From Myxococcota bacterium (lineage in GTDB: Bacteria; Myxococcota_A; SURF-8), in the NCBI GenBank assembly GCA_963674735.2, contig CAXXQS010000001.1, positions 608,001-672,000 on the forward strand: a DNA stretch of 64,000 nt. Direction: 5' to 3'. Both the position numbers and the translations under genes were made by a program. Under the pieces are notes generated by a model, which worked only from the letters and a program-made list of their open reading frames with translations, made no database searches and was not told where the DNA came from. Each line of letters opens with the position of its first letter. Within the stretch, counting starts at the first letter, position 1. Positions 27,284-37,735 of this stretch are shown piece by piece.

Positions 27284-27443
27284 CAATTACCGCCTGATAT
27301 CGTCGAACAAAGTCGGTTTCTTATAGCCGAAATGTCGAGCCATGGCAACGATTTCCACATTCGATGCTGTGTCATGGAGGCGGTTCGTTTTTTCCATCCT
27401 GGGCGGTCGAAACCGAAATTCCGGTGGTTTGACTGAAAAAAGC

Positions 27444-27471
27444 TTGCATTGGTTGCCGTTACGGTTATAAT
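27444..27471 (+). promoter_or_regulatory. Putative sigma70 promoter
   Basis: TTGCAT-16 bp-TATAAT. Confidence 0.6.
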
Positions 27472-27644
27472 TTGAACCATACGTTTTCTTGCCGAAATAG
27501 CATTACGAAGTCTCGCCACTTCACGATCAGCGGACGAAACAACCAGGCATTAGGGGAGTTGTCTCGCGGTTCCCGGTGTCCGCTTTTTTGCGCTTCTGTG
27601 AAGCCGTTGTGCTGTTATCCACTTTGAATGATGGGTGAAGAGTG

Positions 27645-29153
27645 ATGAAACGATTGTCAAATTACGATGTTACGTCTCGGTTCGCCTCGCTTCCATTGCG
27701 GGCTTTGCTGTTGATTTCGATGTTTGCAGTGCTGCTCGGCGGTTGTGCGGATGACGATTGCGATTGCAACTGTGACCTCGACGGCGACCAGGAGACAATC
27801 GATGGCGATTCCGATGGCGACCAGGAGATAACTGACTGTGATTCCAATGGCGATCCCGACGGCGATCCCGATGGCGACCTTTCGGAGGCGGATGCCGCCG
27901 AATCGGATTTCGAGACGGTGGATGGGGAATCCGATGACGAGATGGACGACGAAGGCGAAAATGACGTAAAACCGGTGTGTTTTCCGAGTGATGCGACCTC
28001 GGCTTCGACGATTGCCATCGATTCGCAGGGACGTTGGGTGGTGGCGGGCAAGCGCACGCCGGACCGACAGCATTCCGATGCGTTGCTGGCGCGTTTTCTG
28101 TCGGATGGCGCGCCCGATACCGAATTCCCGGGAAATGGTTGCGTCTCTTTGTCGCTGTCGTTGGAGAATGATTCGGCGGGCGTGGTCGTGATCCAGCCCG
28201 ACAAAAAACTGTTGCTCAGCATCGGTTTTACCGGGGGCGGGCATCACGGAATCGCGGTTTTGCGTCTGCATGACGACGGCAGCTTGGATACCGACTTTGC
28301 CGAGCGCGGCCGCTTTTCTTACACCACGGAATCTGCTGCGGACGGCGGGGTGGGGTCGATTTTCGTTCTTCCGGACGGAAAAATCCTGCTGGTGGGCGGG
28401 ATCGACGACAGCCTCGGCAACTCGACTGTTTTCCTGCGGCTGAACGAAGATGGTTCCTTGGATGATAGCTTCGGCGACGGCGGCGTGGTGCGGACCGCCA
28501 ATCCGGCGGCGGCGCGGGCCATTCTCCAGGACGACGATAAGATTGTCCAGGCGGGTTATCACAGGGAGCCCGGCGAATATCTCAAATACGCATTGTACCG
28601 CTATCTGCCGGACGGCAGCCCGGACGAAAGTTTCGGTGAACATGGGATGGCGGTCACCACCGGCGGCGCGATCGGCGGGGAGCATCTTTCGGATGTCGTT
28701 CGGTTGGCGGATGGTTCCTACTTCGCGGTGGGGGATTCCTATCCCGATGACTGGACGGATGTCAAAGATTCGGCGGCGGTCCGCTTCGCGGCGGATGGGA
28801 CTCCCGACGAAGACTTCGCTCCCGGCGGCGTGTTCGTGATCGAGGTGGGACCGATCGACATACCCAGGCGTATTGCTTTCGACGCGCAGGGAGGAATTTG
28901 GGTTCTGGGGAATCAGTTTTCCTTCGACTCGAGCAACCCGAGCTTCCATACCGGATATCTGGCGCGTTTCACAGCGGACGGAATTCTGGATACCAGCTAC
29001 GCCGACGAAGGAATCCGTCTCATCGATATCGATCCGAACGGCACCTCGCTCTCCGATTTTGCATTTTTAGCCGACGGAAACTTGGTCGTGGTCGGGTTGA
29101 CCGGCGACTTGCAAAGCGGGCGGAAGATACTGGTTCTCCCCATCATCCCCTGA
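27645..29153 (+). CDS. Lipoprotein with acidic DGD linker and delta-60-type repeats (beta-propeller-like)
   Basis: Lipobox LGGC; repeated QPDxKL / RLxxDGSLDxxF units; DGDQE repeats. Confidence 0.85.
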   Translation: MKRLSNYDVTSRFASLPLRALLLISMFAVLLGGCADDDCDCNCDLDGDQETIDGDSDGDQEITDCDSNGDPDGDPDGDLSEADAAESDFETVDGESDDEMDDEGENDVKPVCFPSDATSASTIAIDSQGRWVVAGKRTPDRQHSDALLARFLSDGAPDTEFPGNGCVSLSLSLENDSAGVVVIQPDKKLLLSIGFTGGGHHGIAVLRLHDDGSLDTDFAERGRFSYTTESAADGGVGSIFVLPDGKILLVGGIDDSLGNSTVFLRLNEDGSLDDSFGDGGVVRTANPAAARAILQDDDKIVQAGYHREPGEYLKYALYRYLPDGSPDESFGEHGMAVTTGGAIGGEHLSDVVRLADGSYFAVGDSYPDDWTDVKDSAAVRFAADGTPDEDFAPGGVFVIEVGPIDIPRRIAFDAQGGIWVLGNQFSFDSSNPSFHTGYLARFTADGILDTSYADEGIRLIDIDPNGTSLSDFAFLADGNLVVVGLTGDLQSGRKILVLPIIP

Positions 29154-29266
29154 TGCGGTGATGATCCGCTCAGAGCGGAAAGCCTGAAAAGACCGTCTCG
29201 CCTCTTGCGGGGTTCATCGGCCTGTGGTAGCACGGACCGACGGATTTAAACGCAGGAGGTTGGATC

Positions 29267-31267
29267 ATGCGGCGTTTTACATTTTCGATAGCAATACTTT
29301 TCTCACTCTGTCTGCTCGTGTCGACGGGGTGCCAGGGTCCGGATATCAAACCCGACGTTCCGACGAGCGCCGCGCCGCCGCCCATTTCCGTTGATCCTCT
29401 GCAAGATCCCAACTCCATCGAGGCCTACATGGCCATCCGTTCGGCCGGGTCGCCGGACGTGCAGGCCGACGGGGTGCTGTATTACATGACCTGGATTACC
29501 GGCGTCGAGCAGCTTTATCGCCACACCGAACAGGGTCCGCAGGCGGTGACGGGCGAGCCGTTTTTTCCCGAAGGTATCGACTTTTATACGATTTCTCCCT
29601 CCGGCGCTTATGCCGTGGTGGGGGCGGATCACGGCGGCGACGAGCAGTTCGACCTCTATCTGGTCAACCTTGAATGCGACTGCGAGTTGCCCGTTCCCAT
29701 CGATATGGACCGCAGCGTGCGAGTCGATTCGCCCCTGTGGATGCCCGACGAATCGGCCGTCATCTATCGCTCCACACGCCGTAACGGCCGGGACTTCGAT
29801 CTATGGCGCTACACGCTCGAAAATAACGAAACGACGATTTTCCTGGAACGTGAGGGCTATAATTACCCAACGGACATCTCCGCCGATGGCAAAATGTTGA
29901 CTTTCGTGCGACACATGGGCGGCAGCTTGACCGACCTCTTTCTGCTCGACATCCCGAGCGGCGCGGTGCGCCAGTTGTCGCCGCAGGGCCGCACGAGCGG
30001 GGATTATTCTGGCGCGCGCTTTCTGGCCGATGGACGGCGCATTCTGTTGACCACCGACGATGGTCTGGAGATGGGCGCATTGGCGGTGATGGAACTGGAA
30101 AACGGAACCTGGAAGGTGTTGGGCGAGGACAAATGGCCGGTGGACGGCGTGGCGGTTTCGCCGGATCGAAGCCGGGCGGCGGTCATTCACAACGTGCACG
30201 GCACCAGCCGCCTGACGGTGCTCGACACGGCGTCTTGGGCGGTCATCGCTCAGCCGGAACTGCCGCTGGGTGTGATTTCCAGTGCCCACTTTGCCGAGGG
30301 AGCGGTATATGTCACCTATTCCAACGCCGTCAAGACCGGCGATATCTGGCGCTACGTGCTGGACGGCGGTCGTTTCGAGCCGCTGACCCGTTCGGATTAC
30401 GGACCGGTGGATGCGTCTTCCTTCCGGATGCCCGAACTGGTTTTTTATAAAAGCTTCGATGGCCGCGAAATTCCCGCCTATCTCTATCGTCCCCAGGGCT
30501 ACGACGGACGACCCGCGCCCTACATGATCTACGCCCACGGCGGACCCGAATCGCAATATCGCCCCGGCTTCATCCGTAACGTGCAGTACAACCTGTCCCA
30601 GGGAATCGGCATTCTGGCTCCCAACGTACGCGGCAGTGCGGGCTACACGCGCGAATATCTGAACCTCGACAACTACAAAAAACGTATGGACTCCATCAAA
30701 GATTTCAAGGCCGCCGCTGATTATCTCATCGAGGCGGGCATCGCCGACCCGGCGCGCCTGGGCATATACGGCGGCAGCTACGGCGGTTTCGTGGTCATGG
30801 CGGCCATCACGGAATACCCGGACCTCTTCGCGGCGGCGGTGAACTCGGTGGGGATCGTGAACTTCGTCACCTTTTTGCAAAACACCAAAGGCTACCGCCG
30901 TGCCGTGCGTGAAAGCGAGTACGGTCCGCTCAGCGACCCGGAGTTTTTGAAAAGCATCTCGCCCATTTTCAAGATCGAACGCGTGTTGACGCCGCTTTTG
31001 ATCGTCCATGGCGAAAACGATCCGCGCGTGCCGGTGGGCGAGGCGCGTCAAATCGTGAAAGCGCTTGAAGCGCGCGGGCAGGAAGTGCGGGCGGAGATCT
31101 TCGCCGACGAAGGTCATGGCTTGAGCAAACTCGAAAACCGCCTCGTCTACTATCGGATCTTGGCGGAATTTCTAAAAAAACACCTGAAGCCCGATCCCAG
31201 CGTGGAGGGTTCCGGCTGTTCGAGCGACGCTGCGTCCGTCGATGATATGGGTGTCTGCAGCGAGTAG
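29267..31267 (+). CDS. S9 (prolyl oligopeptidase family) peptidase, lipoprotein
   Basis: HGGP, GGSYGG nucleophile, NDPRV, EGHG; N-terminal propeller; lipobox STGC; AGGAGG RBS. Confidence 0.92.
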   Translation: MRRFTFSIAILFSLCLLVSTGCQGPDIKPDVPTSAAPPPISVDPLQDPNSIEAYMAIRSAGSPDVQADGVLYYMTWITGVEQLYRHTEQGPQAVTGEPFFPEGIDFYTISPSGAYAVVGADHGGDEQFDLYLVNLECDCELPVPIDMDRSVRVDSPLWMPDESAVIYRSTRRNGRDFDLWRYTLENNETTIFLEREGYNYPTDISADGKMLTFVRHMGGSLTDLFLLDIPSGAVRQLSPQGRTSGDYSGARFLADGRRILLTTDDGLEMGALAVMELENGTWKVLGEDKWPVDGVAVSPDRSRAAVIHNVHGTSRLTVLDTASWAVIAQPELPLGVISSAHFAEGAVYVTYSNAVKTGDIWRYVLDGGRFEPLTRSDYGPVDASSFRMPELVFYKSFDGREIPAYLYRPQGYDGRPAPYMIYAHGGPESQYRPGFIRNVQYNLSQGIGILAPNVRGSAGYTREYLNLDNYKKRMDSIKDFKAAADYLIEAGIADPARLGIYGGSYGGFVVMAAITEYPDLFAAAVNSVGIVNFVTFLQNTKGYRRAVRESEYGPLSDPEFLKSISPIFKIERVLTPLLIVHGENDPRVPVGEARQIVKALEARGQEVRAEIFADEGHGLSKLENRLVYYRILAEFLKKHLKPDPSVEGSGCSSDAASVDDMGVCSE

Positions 31268-31430
31268 GCTAAATTCGGATCGCAAGCCGTTGCTTCGAAG
31301 AAAAAGCGGTTGCCTTCCGGTTGTAAATTGGCCACAATAACGGTTCCGTATGGGTATCCGATTTCCAAGCCGGGGAGAGAATCCCGGCGCCGATCGCGAT
31401 TGTCGCTATTCCCCAGTTGGAGACTTCATC

Positions 31431-32318
31431 GTGAAGCATGTTTTTCTCATCGTTGCCGTGGTCCTGGTCGCGGGACTTTTCCTTTTCAAACTCGGCTGGT
31501 TGGAGCGTGGGCCGTCTCTGACGCGCATCGTGCCCGAGCGGGCTGCCCCCGGAAGCCTGATTACGCTTGAAGGTGACCGGCTGGGCGGCGATCCCGAACG
31601 GACGCTGGTGATGTTTAACGGTGTGGCTGCCGAAACGGAAAAGGTGAGTGAAAACGCGGTTCAGGTGCGGGTTCCCGCTACGGCGCATTCGGGGTTGGTG
31701 TCTGCGTTGGTGGGCGATGCCGCCAGCAACACGCTCTTTTTCGCGGTGGCGAATACGCCCGGCGACGAAACCGGTATGCCCACGCAAGCGCGCACGCCGC
31801 GCCAGCAGATGCCGCCGGGGATGCCGCCGTCCGAGATGGGCTCTTCCCCGTCCATGGAAGGCGGCGCACACGAGTTTTACGACCCGGCCACCGCGCGCGA
31901 TGCCATCGACTTCGAGCTGATCGACAAAGACGGCAAGCGTGTCAAGTTGTCGGATTACAAAGGGAAAACACTTGCATTGAACTTCTGGGCCACCTGGTGC
32001 AAACCATGCCTGGACGAAGTCCCCAGCCTGGAGCGGCTGACCAAACGTTCCGGGGCGCTGGATGTGACGGTGTTGGCGGTGAGTGTGGATAAAGGTTTTG
32101 ACGAAATCGAAAAAGCGCTGCCGAATACCAATCTGAATATCCTGCTCGATCCCAAAATGGAGATCGCCCACCGATACGGCACCACCAAGTTTCCCGAGAC
32201 CTGGGTGATCAGTCCGCAGGGCAAAATCGTGGCGCGTTTTATCGGGGCGCGGAACTGGGACAGTCCGCTTTTCGAGCGTTTTTTCCAGATGGTGACGAGT
32301 GGGAAGGGCATGCCCTGA
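31431..32318 (+). CDS. Membrane-anchored TlpA/ResA-like thioredoxin with an IPT/TIG-like domain
   Basis: N-terminal TM; IPT-like segment (P.LTRIVP...PGSLITLEG); NFWATWCKPC; PET motif; GTG start with GGAG RBS. Confidence 0.85.
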   Translation: MKHVFLIVAVVLVAGLFLFKLGWLERGPSLTRIVPERAAPGSLITLEGDRLGGDPERTLVMFNGVAAETEKVSENAVQVRVPATAHSGLVSALVGDAASNTLFFAVANTPGDETGMPTQARTPRQQMPPGMPPSEMGSSPSMEGGAHEFYDPATARDAIDFELIDKDGKRVKLSDYKGKTLALNFWATWCKPCLDEVPSLERLTKRSGALDVTVLAVSVDKGFDEIEKALPNTNLNILLDPKMEIAHRYGTTKFPETWVISPQGKIVARFIGARNWDSPLFERFFQMVTSGKGMP

Positions 32319-32340
32319 GCGTCGAATGGGAAATGGTTGC

Positions 32341-33276
32341 ATGCAGACGACGAAGGCGAACAGCTTGTGGATGATTTCAGCGCTTGTAATACTTGCGCTC
32401 GGGCTGTATTCCCCCCCCGTCGCCGCCTCCGATGCACAACCCATTGTGGCTCCGCCCGTCGAAACGATCCCCTCTCCCGGCCATGAATCCATGAAACCGT
32501 TGCTGTGGCGACCGGTGGTGGATGGCATCGAACGAAGCTCGCTGAGGGTCGATGACGATTCCAGCCCTTTTCGCCTATTGGCTTTTCGTGTCGATCTGAC
32601 ACGCTTTCGCCTGATCGCCGCCGATGCACGCCAGTTCGGTCCCGAACGCAAAACCGCCGATCTGCGCGAGATGGCGCGTTGGTGGAAAGGGCTGCTGGCG
32701 GTCAATGGCTCCTACTTCGATGAGAACGACCGCCCGCTGGGGTTGGTGGTATCGAATGGAGTCACCCTCAATTCTTTCCGCAAAGCCGATTGGGGGGTGC
32801 TCTACGAGGTGGATGGCCGGGCGGGACTGGTGCATACCCGCGACTGGCCGAAACGGTCCGAAACGCTCGACCCCGATTTCGCCATCCAGGTCGGACCGCG
32901 TGTGGTGGTCAATGGCGAACCGACGCGCCTCAAACCGCAAATCCATCGCCGGGCGGCTATCGGGATCTTGCCCGGCGGACGGTCGCTGGTGCTGGTCGTC
33001 ACCGACAGCGGCAAGGCTGAAGCCAACGCTTTGGCGCGCGTGATGGCCACGTCACCGGAAAAGGGCGGCCTGGGGTGTCGCGACGCGGTCATGATGGACG
33101 GCGGTCCCTCCGCTCAGCTTTACCTGAATGCCGGAGGGCAAAACCTGTCTGTGCCGGGGGGCTGGTCGGTTCCCGTGGGCGTTCTCGTGGTTGAACGCAA
33201 TGCCGCACCCAACACCCAAGATCGTGCTATCCCTGCCGATCATTCATCCTCTTCCCGACAGGAGGCTCACCCGTGA
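32341..33276 (+). CDS. Phosphodiester glycosidase (NAGPA) family protein
   Basis: Signal peptide; AVNGSYF, P.GL.V..G, Q.GP..V.NG, RAAIG, MDGGPS. Confidence 0.8.
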   Translation: MQTTKANSLWMISALVILALGLYSPPVAASDAQPIVAPPVETIPSPGHESMKPLLWRPVVDGIERSSLRVDDDSSPFRLLAFRVDLTRFRLIAADARQFGPERKTADLREMARWWKGLLAVNGSYFDENDRPLGLVVSNGVTLNSFRKADWGVLYEVDGRAGLVHTRDWPKRSETLDPDFAIQVGPRVVVNGEPTRLKPQIHRRAAIGILPGGRSLVLVVTDSGKAEANALARVMATSPEKGGLGCRDAVMMDGGPSAQLYLNAGGQNLSVPGGWSVPVGVLVVERNAAPNTQDRAIPADHSSSSRQEAHP

Positions 33277-34892
33277 GCGTGTCTCGACGATTTCGGGGGC
33301 GAGCGTGGCTCGTCCTCTCGCTGGCGTTTCTATTGACGATTCCGAACCTGCTTGCGGCTTCCATGCCGGACGGTGAGGGGGCGGAAGCCTACCACGATCC
33401 GGGTTTTCCAACTCCGTTCAGCGACGACGAGCGTGTGCTGTTCGACCGCGTGCGCCATATTTTCGGGCAGGCCGGAAACCCCTTACCGCGTCTCGATGCC
33501 GGATTACGCCGGGCGGCCCTGGCCGAAGCAGCCGGACTGCTGGCGACCTCGCCCGAGGATCGCGAGACCCGCAAACAGCGCGATATGCGGGGAATTTTGC
33601 GTCACCACGGCGTCTCGGATTTTCAGGTTCGCGGGGGATTCGCCGCCAGTTCGGATAAAAAACAACTGATTGCAGGCCTGGCCGCCTGGGCGGCCAAACG
33701 CGTCGAAGCCGGATGGAACCGCATTGGGGTGGCCCTGGCGAGCAACGCCGATGAAACGGCGGCGGCGGTTTTTCTCACGCGCCGCGTGGTGCAGTTGGAA
33801 GCGATTCCGCAACGGATCAAGCGGAAAGGGACGCTGGAACTGACGGGTCGTACGGCGACCGGCGTGAAAAAAGTTGTTTTCTACATGTCGGGCCCGGATG
33901 GGCGCATCAAAAAAATCAAACCTTTGCGGCTGCCCTCGGGGGGAATTTCCGCCGAAATCGAGATCGCGAAGCCGGGCCGCTATGCCGTGGAAGTGATGGC
34001 GACGGAAGAGGCCGGACCGAAAGTGGCGGCGCTGCTGCATGTCTGTTTCGGCGACTGTCCATCCGGTGACGCGCCGGTATTAAGCGGAAGCCTCGATGCC
34101 GGAGATCCGGAATCGGCCCAGCGCGACATCCTGGCCTGGATCAATGCGCGTCGCGCCGAAGCCCGGCGCAAACCGCTGCTTCTCGATGACCGCCTCACGG
34201 ATATCGAATCGGCGTACCTGAAAACGCTGCCGGATGACCGCGCGCTGGCGCACCAAAACCCGCAAGGTCGCGACGCCGGGGCGCGTCTCAAAGCTGCCGG
34301 GCTGGATCTCGCGGTCTACGGGGAGAATCTCGGACGGCACAAGCGTTTGTCCGGCCTGCTTAAAAATCTGCAAGATTCGCCCGCGCATCTGTCCAACCTG
34401 CTTTCGGCGGCCTTTACTCACGTGGGAATCGCCGTGCGCCGCAATCCGAACGACGGGCGATGGACGGTCGGCCAGTTGTTCGCCGCTTTCGAAGAGGCGG
34501 CCGTGTGGCCGGCCGTGAGAATGGTGAAACCGCCCAGTACGTTCTGGAAGGCGCTGCATGAGAACCGACGCGTGCAAAACGCTCCAGCCATGGGCTTGTA
34601 TCGAAAATACATGAATCTGGCGCGAACACATTTACGGGCGCAGATAAAGAACGGACAGATCGACCCGGCGCGTTTGCGAGCGGGGGTCCAGATGACGCTG
34701 AATGCCGATCCGAACGACCCCATCCGCATGGTGGCGCTGTTCACCGCCGCCAGTTTCGATGAATTGGCCGAATTTTCAGGATTCGTGCAGCCGCAGTGGA
34801 ATGTATTGGGTCTGGCGGTGGCACGATTGAAAAACGGGCAATTGGCGGCCTTGGCTCTGCTGGGCGTTCGTCTCGAAGCCGAAAGACGTTAA
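33273..34892 (+). CDS. Secreted CAP (SCP) domain protein
   Basis: INARRA, AH, GENLG, SPAH..NLL, THVGIA motifs; GTGA overlap with upstream stop. Confidence 0.8.
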   Translation: MSVSRRFRGRAWLVLSLAFLLTIPNLLAASMPDGEGAEAYHDPGFPTPFSDDERVLFDRVRHIFGQAGNPLPRLDAGLRRAALAEAAGLLATSPEDRETRKQRDMRGILRHHGVSDFQVRGGFAASSDKKQLIAGLAAWAAKRVEAGWNRIGVALASNADETAAAVFLTRRVVQLEAIPQRIKRKGTLELTGRTATGVKKVVFYMSGPDGRIKKIKPLRLPSGGISAEIEIAKPGRYAVEVMATEEAGPKVAALLHVCFGDCPSGDAPVLSGSLDAGDPESAQRDILAWINARRAEARRKPLLLDDRLTDIESAYLKTLPDDRALAHQNPQGRDAGARLKAAGLDLAVYGENLGRHKRLSGLLKNLQDSPAHLSNLLSAAFTHVGIAVRRNPNDGRWTVGQLFAAFEEAAVWPAVRMVKPPSTFWKALHENRRVQNAPAMGLYRKYMNLARTHLRAQIKNGQIDPARLRAGVQMTLNADPNDPIRMVALFTAASFDELAEFSGFVQPQWNVLGLAVARLKNGQLAALALLGVRLEAERR

Positions 34893-35033
34893 GCCTGTTC
34901 CCAAATCGTTGTGGTGCGGGACTAAGCCGGTTTGTCGAAGCGCGGAACGATTGACGCCATCCGCGACTTCCGGTAAGGTCTCGGAACGAACGGTCCCGAA
35001 GTTCTGTCTATCGATATCCGATTGAGGACGATT

Positions 35034-36515
35034 ATGAATACACGCTTGACGATAATAGCGGTTTTGCTTTTTATGCCGGTTTTTCTTTTCGCTTGCGGCG
35101 GTGATTCCGACGAGAAACGGTCGGACGACGACGGGGACGCGGATACGCAAGAACGCGATGAAGAGGGACTTGCGGACGACGGGGATTGGGAATCGCTGTT
35201 GCCGGATGGCGACGAGGATGTGCTCGACAGTGACGGGGATCTTGATGTGGAAAAGGAAGTCGAAGCCGAGGCCGAAGTCGAAGAAGAACCGCCCCCCGAA
35301 CCCTTCGAAGTCGATGACCTGATGGCCACTAAAGTGATCGGCAATGTCACCTTCGAACCCGATGCGACCGACCCGACGATGCAACTGCATCCGGCGGTGA
35401 TCTTCGATGGCGAGGCCGTATGGATGGTTTACAACAAACCCGATACGCGAAACACCTTTGATGTGTATGCGACTCGGATCAACGGGGACGGCAGCACCGC
35501 CGTTGAACCGTTCTTGTTGAACACCACCGATTTCTACGAGTTGGACCCCGATCTGGTGAAGACCAGCGATGGCCGTATCCGCGCGGCCTGGCAGACCATG
35601 AACGACGAAGACGCCATGGGGCATAATTTCGACATTTACTTCCGTAGTTTCGATGTGGATGGCGCAAACCTGCTCGCCGGCGAGCGGCGTCTGGTCATGA
35701 CGCTCGACGGCGCCTTGGCGGATGAGAAATCGACAATGGTGACGCTGGCCGCCCTCAATTCGGGCCGCTGGGCCATTTCCGGTCTCTGGGCGCATCCCGA
35801 CGCTACCGCCTGGCAGACGTTTATCCAGCCAATGGGAGCCGACGATCAGCCCGAGGGTGAGGTGATCGCCGCCATGACGAATCTCGACGAATTTCACAAT
35901 ACGCCTGCCCTGGCTGCCGAGGCGGATGGTCGCTTGCATCTGGTATGGCTCAAGGAACCCTTGGATGCCGATGTCAGAGACGTCTTGTGGACGAGTGTGG
36001 CGGCTGGTGCGACGACAATCACACCCGATCCGGGTGCCCGACCCTTCAGCGATACGCAAACGGAATACGGCGATGTGGCCTGTTCGTCCGGCGCGAACGG
36101 CCCCTGCTACGTGGCGGCAGCGACCGTCACCGGCTCCGACAGCGACATCCTGGTGGGGCGTCTGCCCGATCCCGACTCGTCGGGAGCCGCCAGCCGTATC
36201 GGTCGTTTCGGGCGTGCGGGTGTGGCCGAGGGCGAACCGGAACTGGCCGTGGGACAAAACGAAGCGCTGGTGGCCTGGCACCAAGCGGTGAACGGTGTGC
36301 GTGGCGCGCTGATGGTCCAGGGCTTCGAAGAGGTGGAAGGTCGCTTGGACTCCATCGGAAATCCGCGAAAACTGAACGACCTCGATACCTATATGATCTG
36401 CCCGCCCACTCTGACCTATATCGGCGAGGATATCTACTTCGTGGCTTGGGTGGAAGGCAGCAACCCCGACTTTCGCATCAAAGGCCGATTCATCCGCGCC
36501 CGCCCAACCCGTTGA
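35034..36515 (+). CDS. Hypothetical lipoprotein with acidic DGD linker and propeller-like repeats
   Basis: Lipobox LFAC; acidic N-terminus; repeated P.L...G...(A/V)W units; GAGG RBS. Confidence 0.8.
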   Translation: MNTRLTIIAVLLFMPVFLFACGGDSDEKRSDDDGDADTQERDEEGLADDGDWESLLPDGDEDVLDSDGDLDVEKEVEAEAEVEEEPPPEPFEVDDLMATKVIGNVTFEPDATDPTMQLHPAVIFDGEAVWMVYNKPDTRNTFDVYATRINGDGSTAVEPFLLNTTDFYELDPDLVKTSDGRIRAAWQTMNDEDAMGHNFDIYFRSFDVDGANLLAGERRLVMTLDGALADEKSTMVTLAALNSGRWAISGLWAHPDATAWQTFIQPMGADDQPEGEVIAAMTNLDEFHNTPALAAEADGRLHLVWLKEPLDADVRDVLWTSVAAGATTITPDPGARPFSDTQTEYGDVACSSGANGPCYVAAATVTGSDSDILVGRLPDPDSSGAASRIGRFGRAGVAEGEPELAVGQNEALVAWHQAVNGVRGALMVQGFEEVEGRLDSIGNPRKLNDLDTYMICPPTLTYIGEDIYFVAWVEGSNPDFRIKGRFIRARPTR

Positions 36516-36688
36516 TGATCGGGAATTATTACGGGTGCTTTTTCAATCTATGGGTGTAAGTTTTCTAAAGCCGTCAACCGACGGGCCGGGGCGTAGTGTT
36601 TCGCCTTTTGCTGGATTCACGCTATCGATTGTGTTAAACATGGAAAATACGCTCACCGTTTCGTAACAGCGAGGGGATAGGCAGACTG

Positions 36689-37732
36689 ATGCGGATTTCA
36701 AAAAAGAGCGCAGCCTTCGTTGATTTTCTCAAACAACGCGCGCCGAAGGGGCAAGCGCTGGTCGTCATGCACGACAATCCGGACCCCGACAGTCTGGCAT
36801 CCGGCATGTTGCTGAAAAACATTTTCGAGCGTGCCTACGGCATGACGGTGGTTATGGCCTATAACGGCATTATCGGGCGTGCGGAAAACCGTCAAATGGT
36901 GCAGGAATTGGGGTTGTCGTTGGTGCGCACGCGCCGCTTGAAACTTGATGACTATGCGATTGTCGCCACGGTCGACACGCAGCCGGGAGCGGGGAACAAT
37001 CTGCTCGATTCCGCCGACCGCGTGGATATCGTGATCGACCATCATCCGCGTCTGCCGGGTCTACGCGGCGTTCCCTGGACGGATATTCGCACTCGTCACG
37101 GCGCTTCGACCACCATTGCACTCGAATACCTGACCGCTCACAAACTGGATCTCACCAAAACCGAGGCCACTGCTTGCATCTATGCTTTGAAGAGTGAAAC
37201 TCAGGATCTCGGACGCGAAGCCGTCCCAGCCGACCGACGCGCCTACTTTCACCTGTTTACCAAGGCCGATTATGAGATGCTTTTCCGTATCAGCCGCGCC
37301 CAGGTGGGGCGGGAATACTTTCGCAGTCTATCGCGTGGCTTGGAAAATTCGCGCATCTATAACGATGTTCTCATTACCAATCTCGATACCATCGATATTC
37401 CCGATTACGTCCCTGAAATCGCCGATATGTTGTTGCGATTGAAAGAGGTGGTCTGGACGTTTGTGGTCGGTCGTTATCAGGATAACCTGTATTTATCGAT
37501 TCGGACTCTGGACACCCGTGCGAATGCCGGAGATGTCATGAAACAGGTGGTCGCCGGCTTGGGGAGCGGGGGAGGTCACGATCTGATGGCGGGCGGTCGT
37601 GTCGAGAATTTGGAAGCCGGGGTCGATCCGAAAGTGGTGATCGAAGAGTTGATGCAGCGTTGCTTGAAAGCGTTACGCAAGCGCAGCTCCGGCTCAGACC
37701 TGATCGCTACGGCTACCGAAAAGCGCGAGTGA
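36689..37732 (+). CDS. DHH/DHHA1 family phosphoesterase (NrnA-like)
   Basis: HDNPDPD, VDT, IDHH, SIR, GGGH..MAGG. Confidence 0.9.
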   Translation: MRISKKSAAFVDFLKQRAPKGQALVVMHDNPDPDSLASGMLLKNIFERAYGMTVVMAYNGIIGRAENRQMVQELGLSLVRTRRLKLDDYAIVATVDTQPGAGNNLLDSADRVDIVIDHHPRLPGLRGVPWTDIRTRHGASTTIALEYLTAHKLDLTKTEATACIYALKSETQDLGREAVPADRRAYFHLFTKADYEMLFRISRAQVGREYFRSLSRGLENSRIYNDVLITNLDTIDIPDYVPEIADMLLRLKEVVWTFVVGRYQDNLYLSIRTLDTRANAGDVMKQVVAGLGSGGGHDLMAGGRVENLEAGVDPKVVIEELMQRCLKALRKRSSGSDLIATATEKRE

Positions 37733-37735
37733 ATC

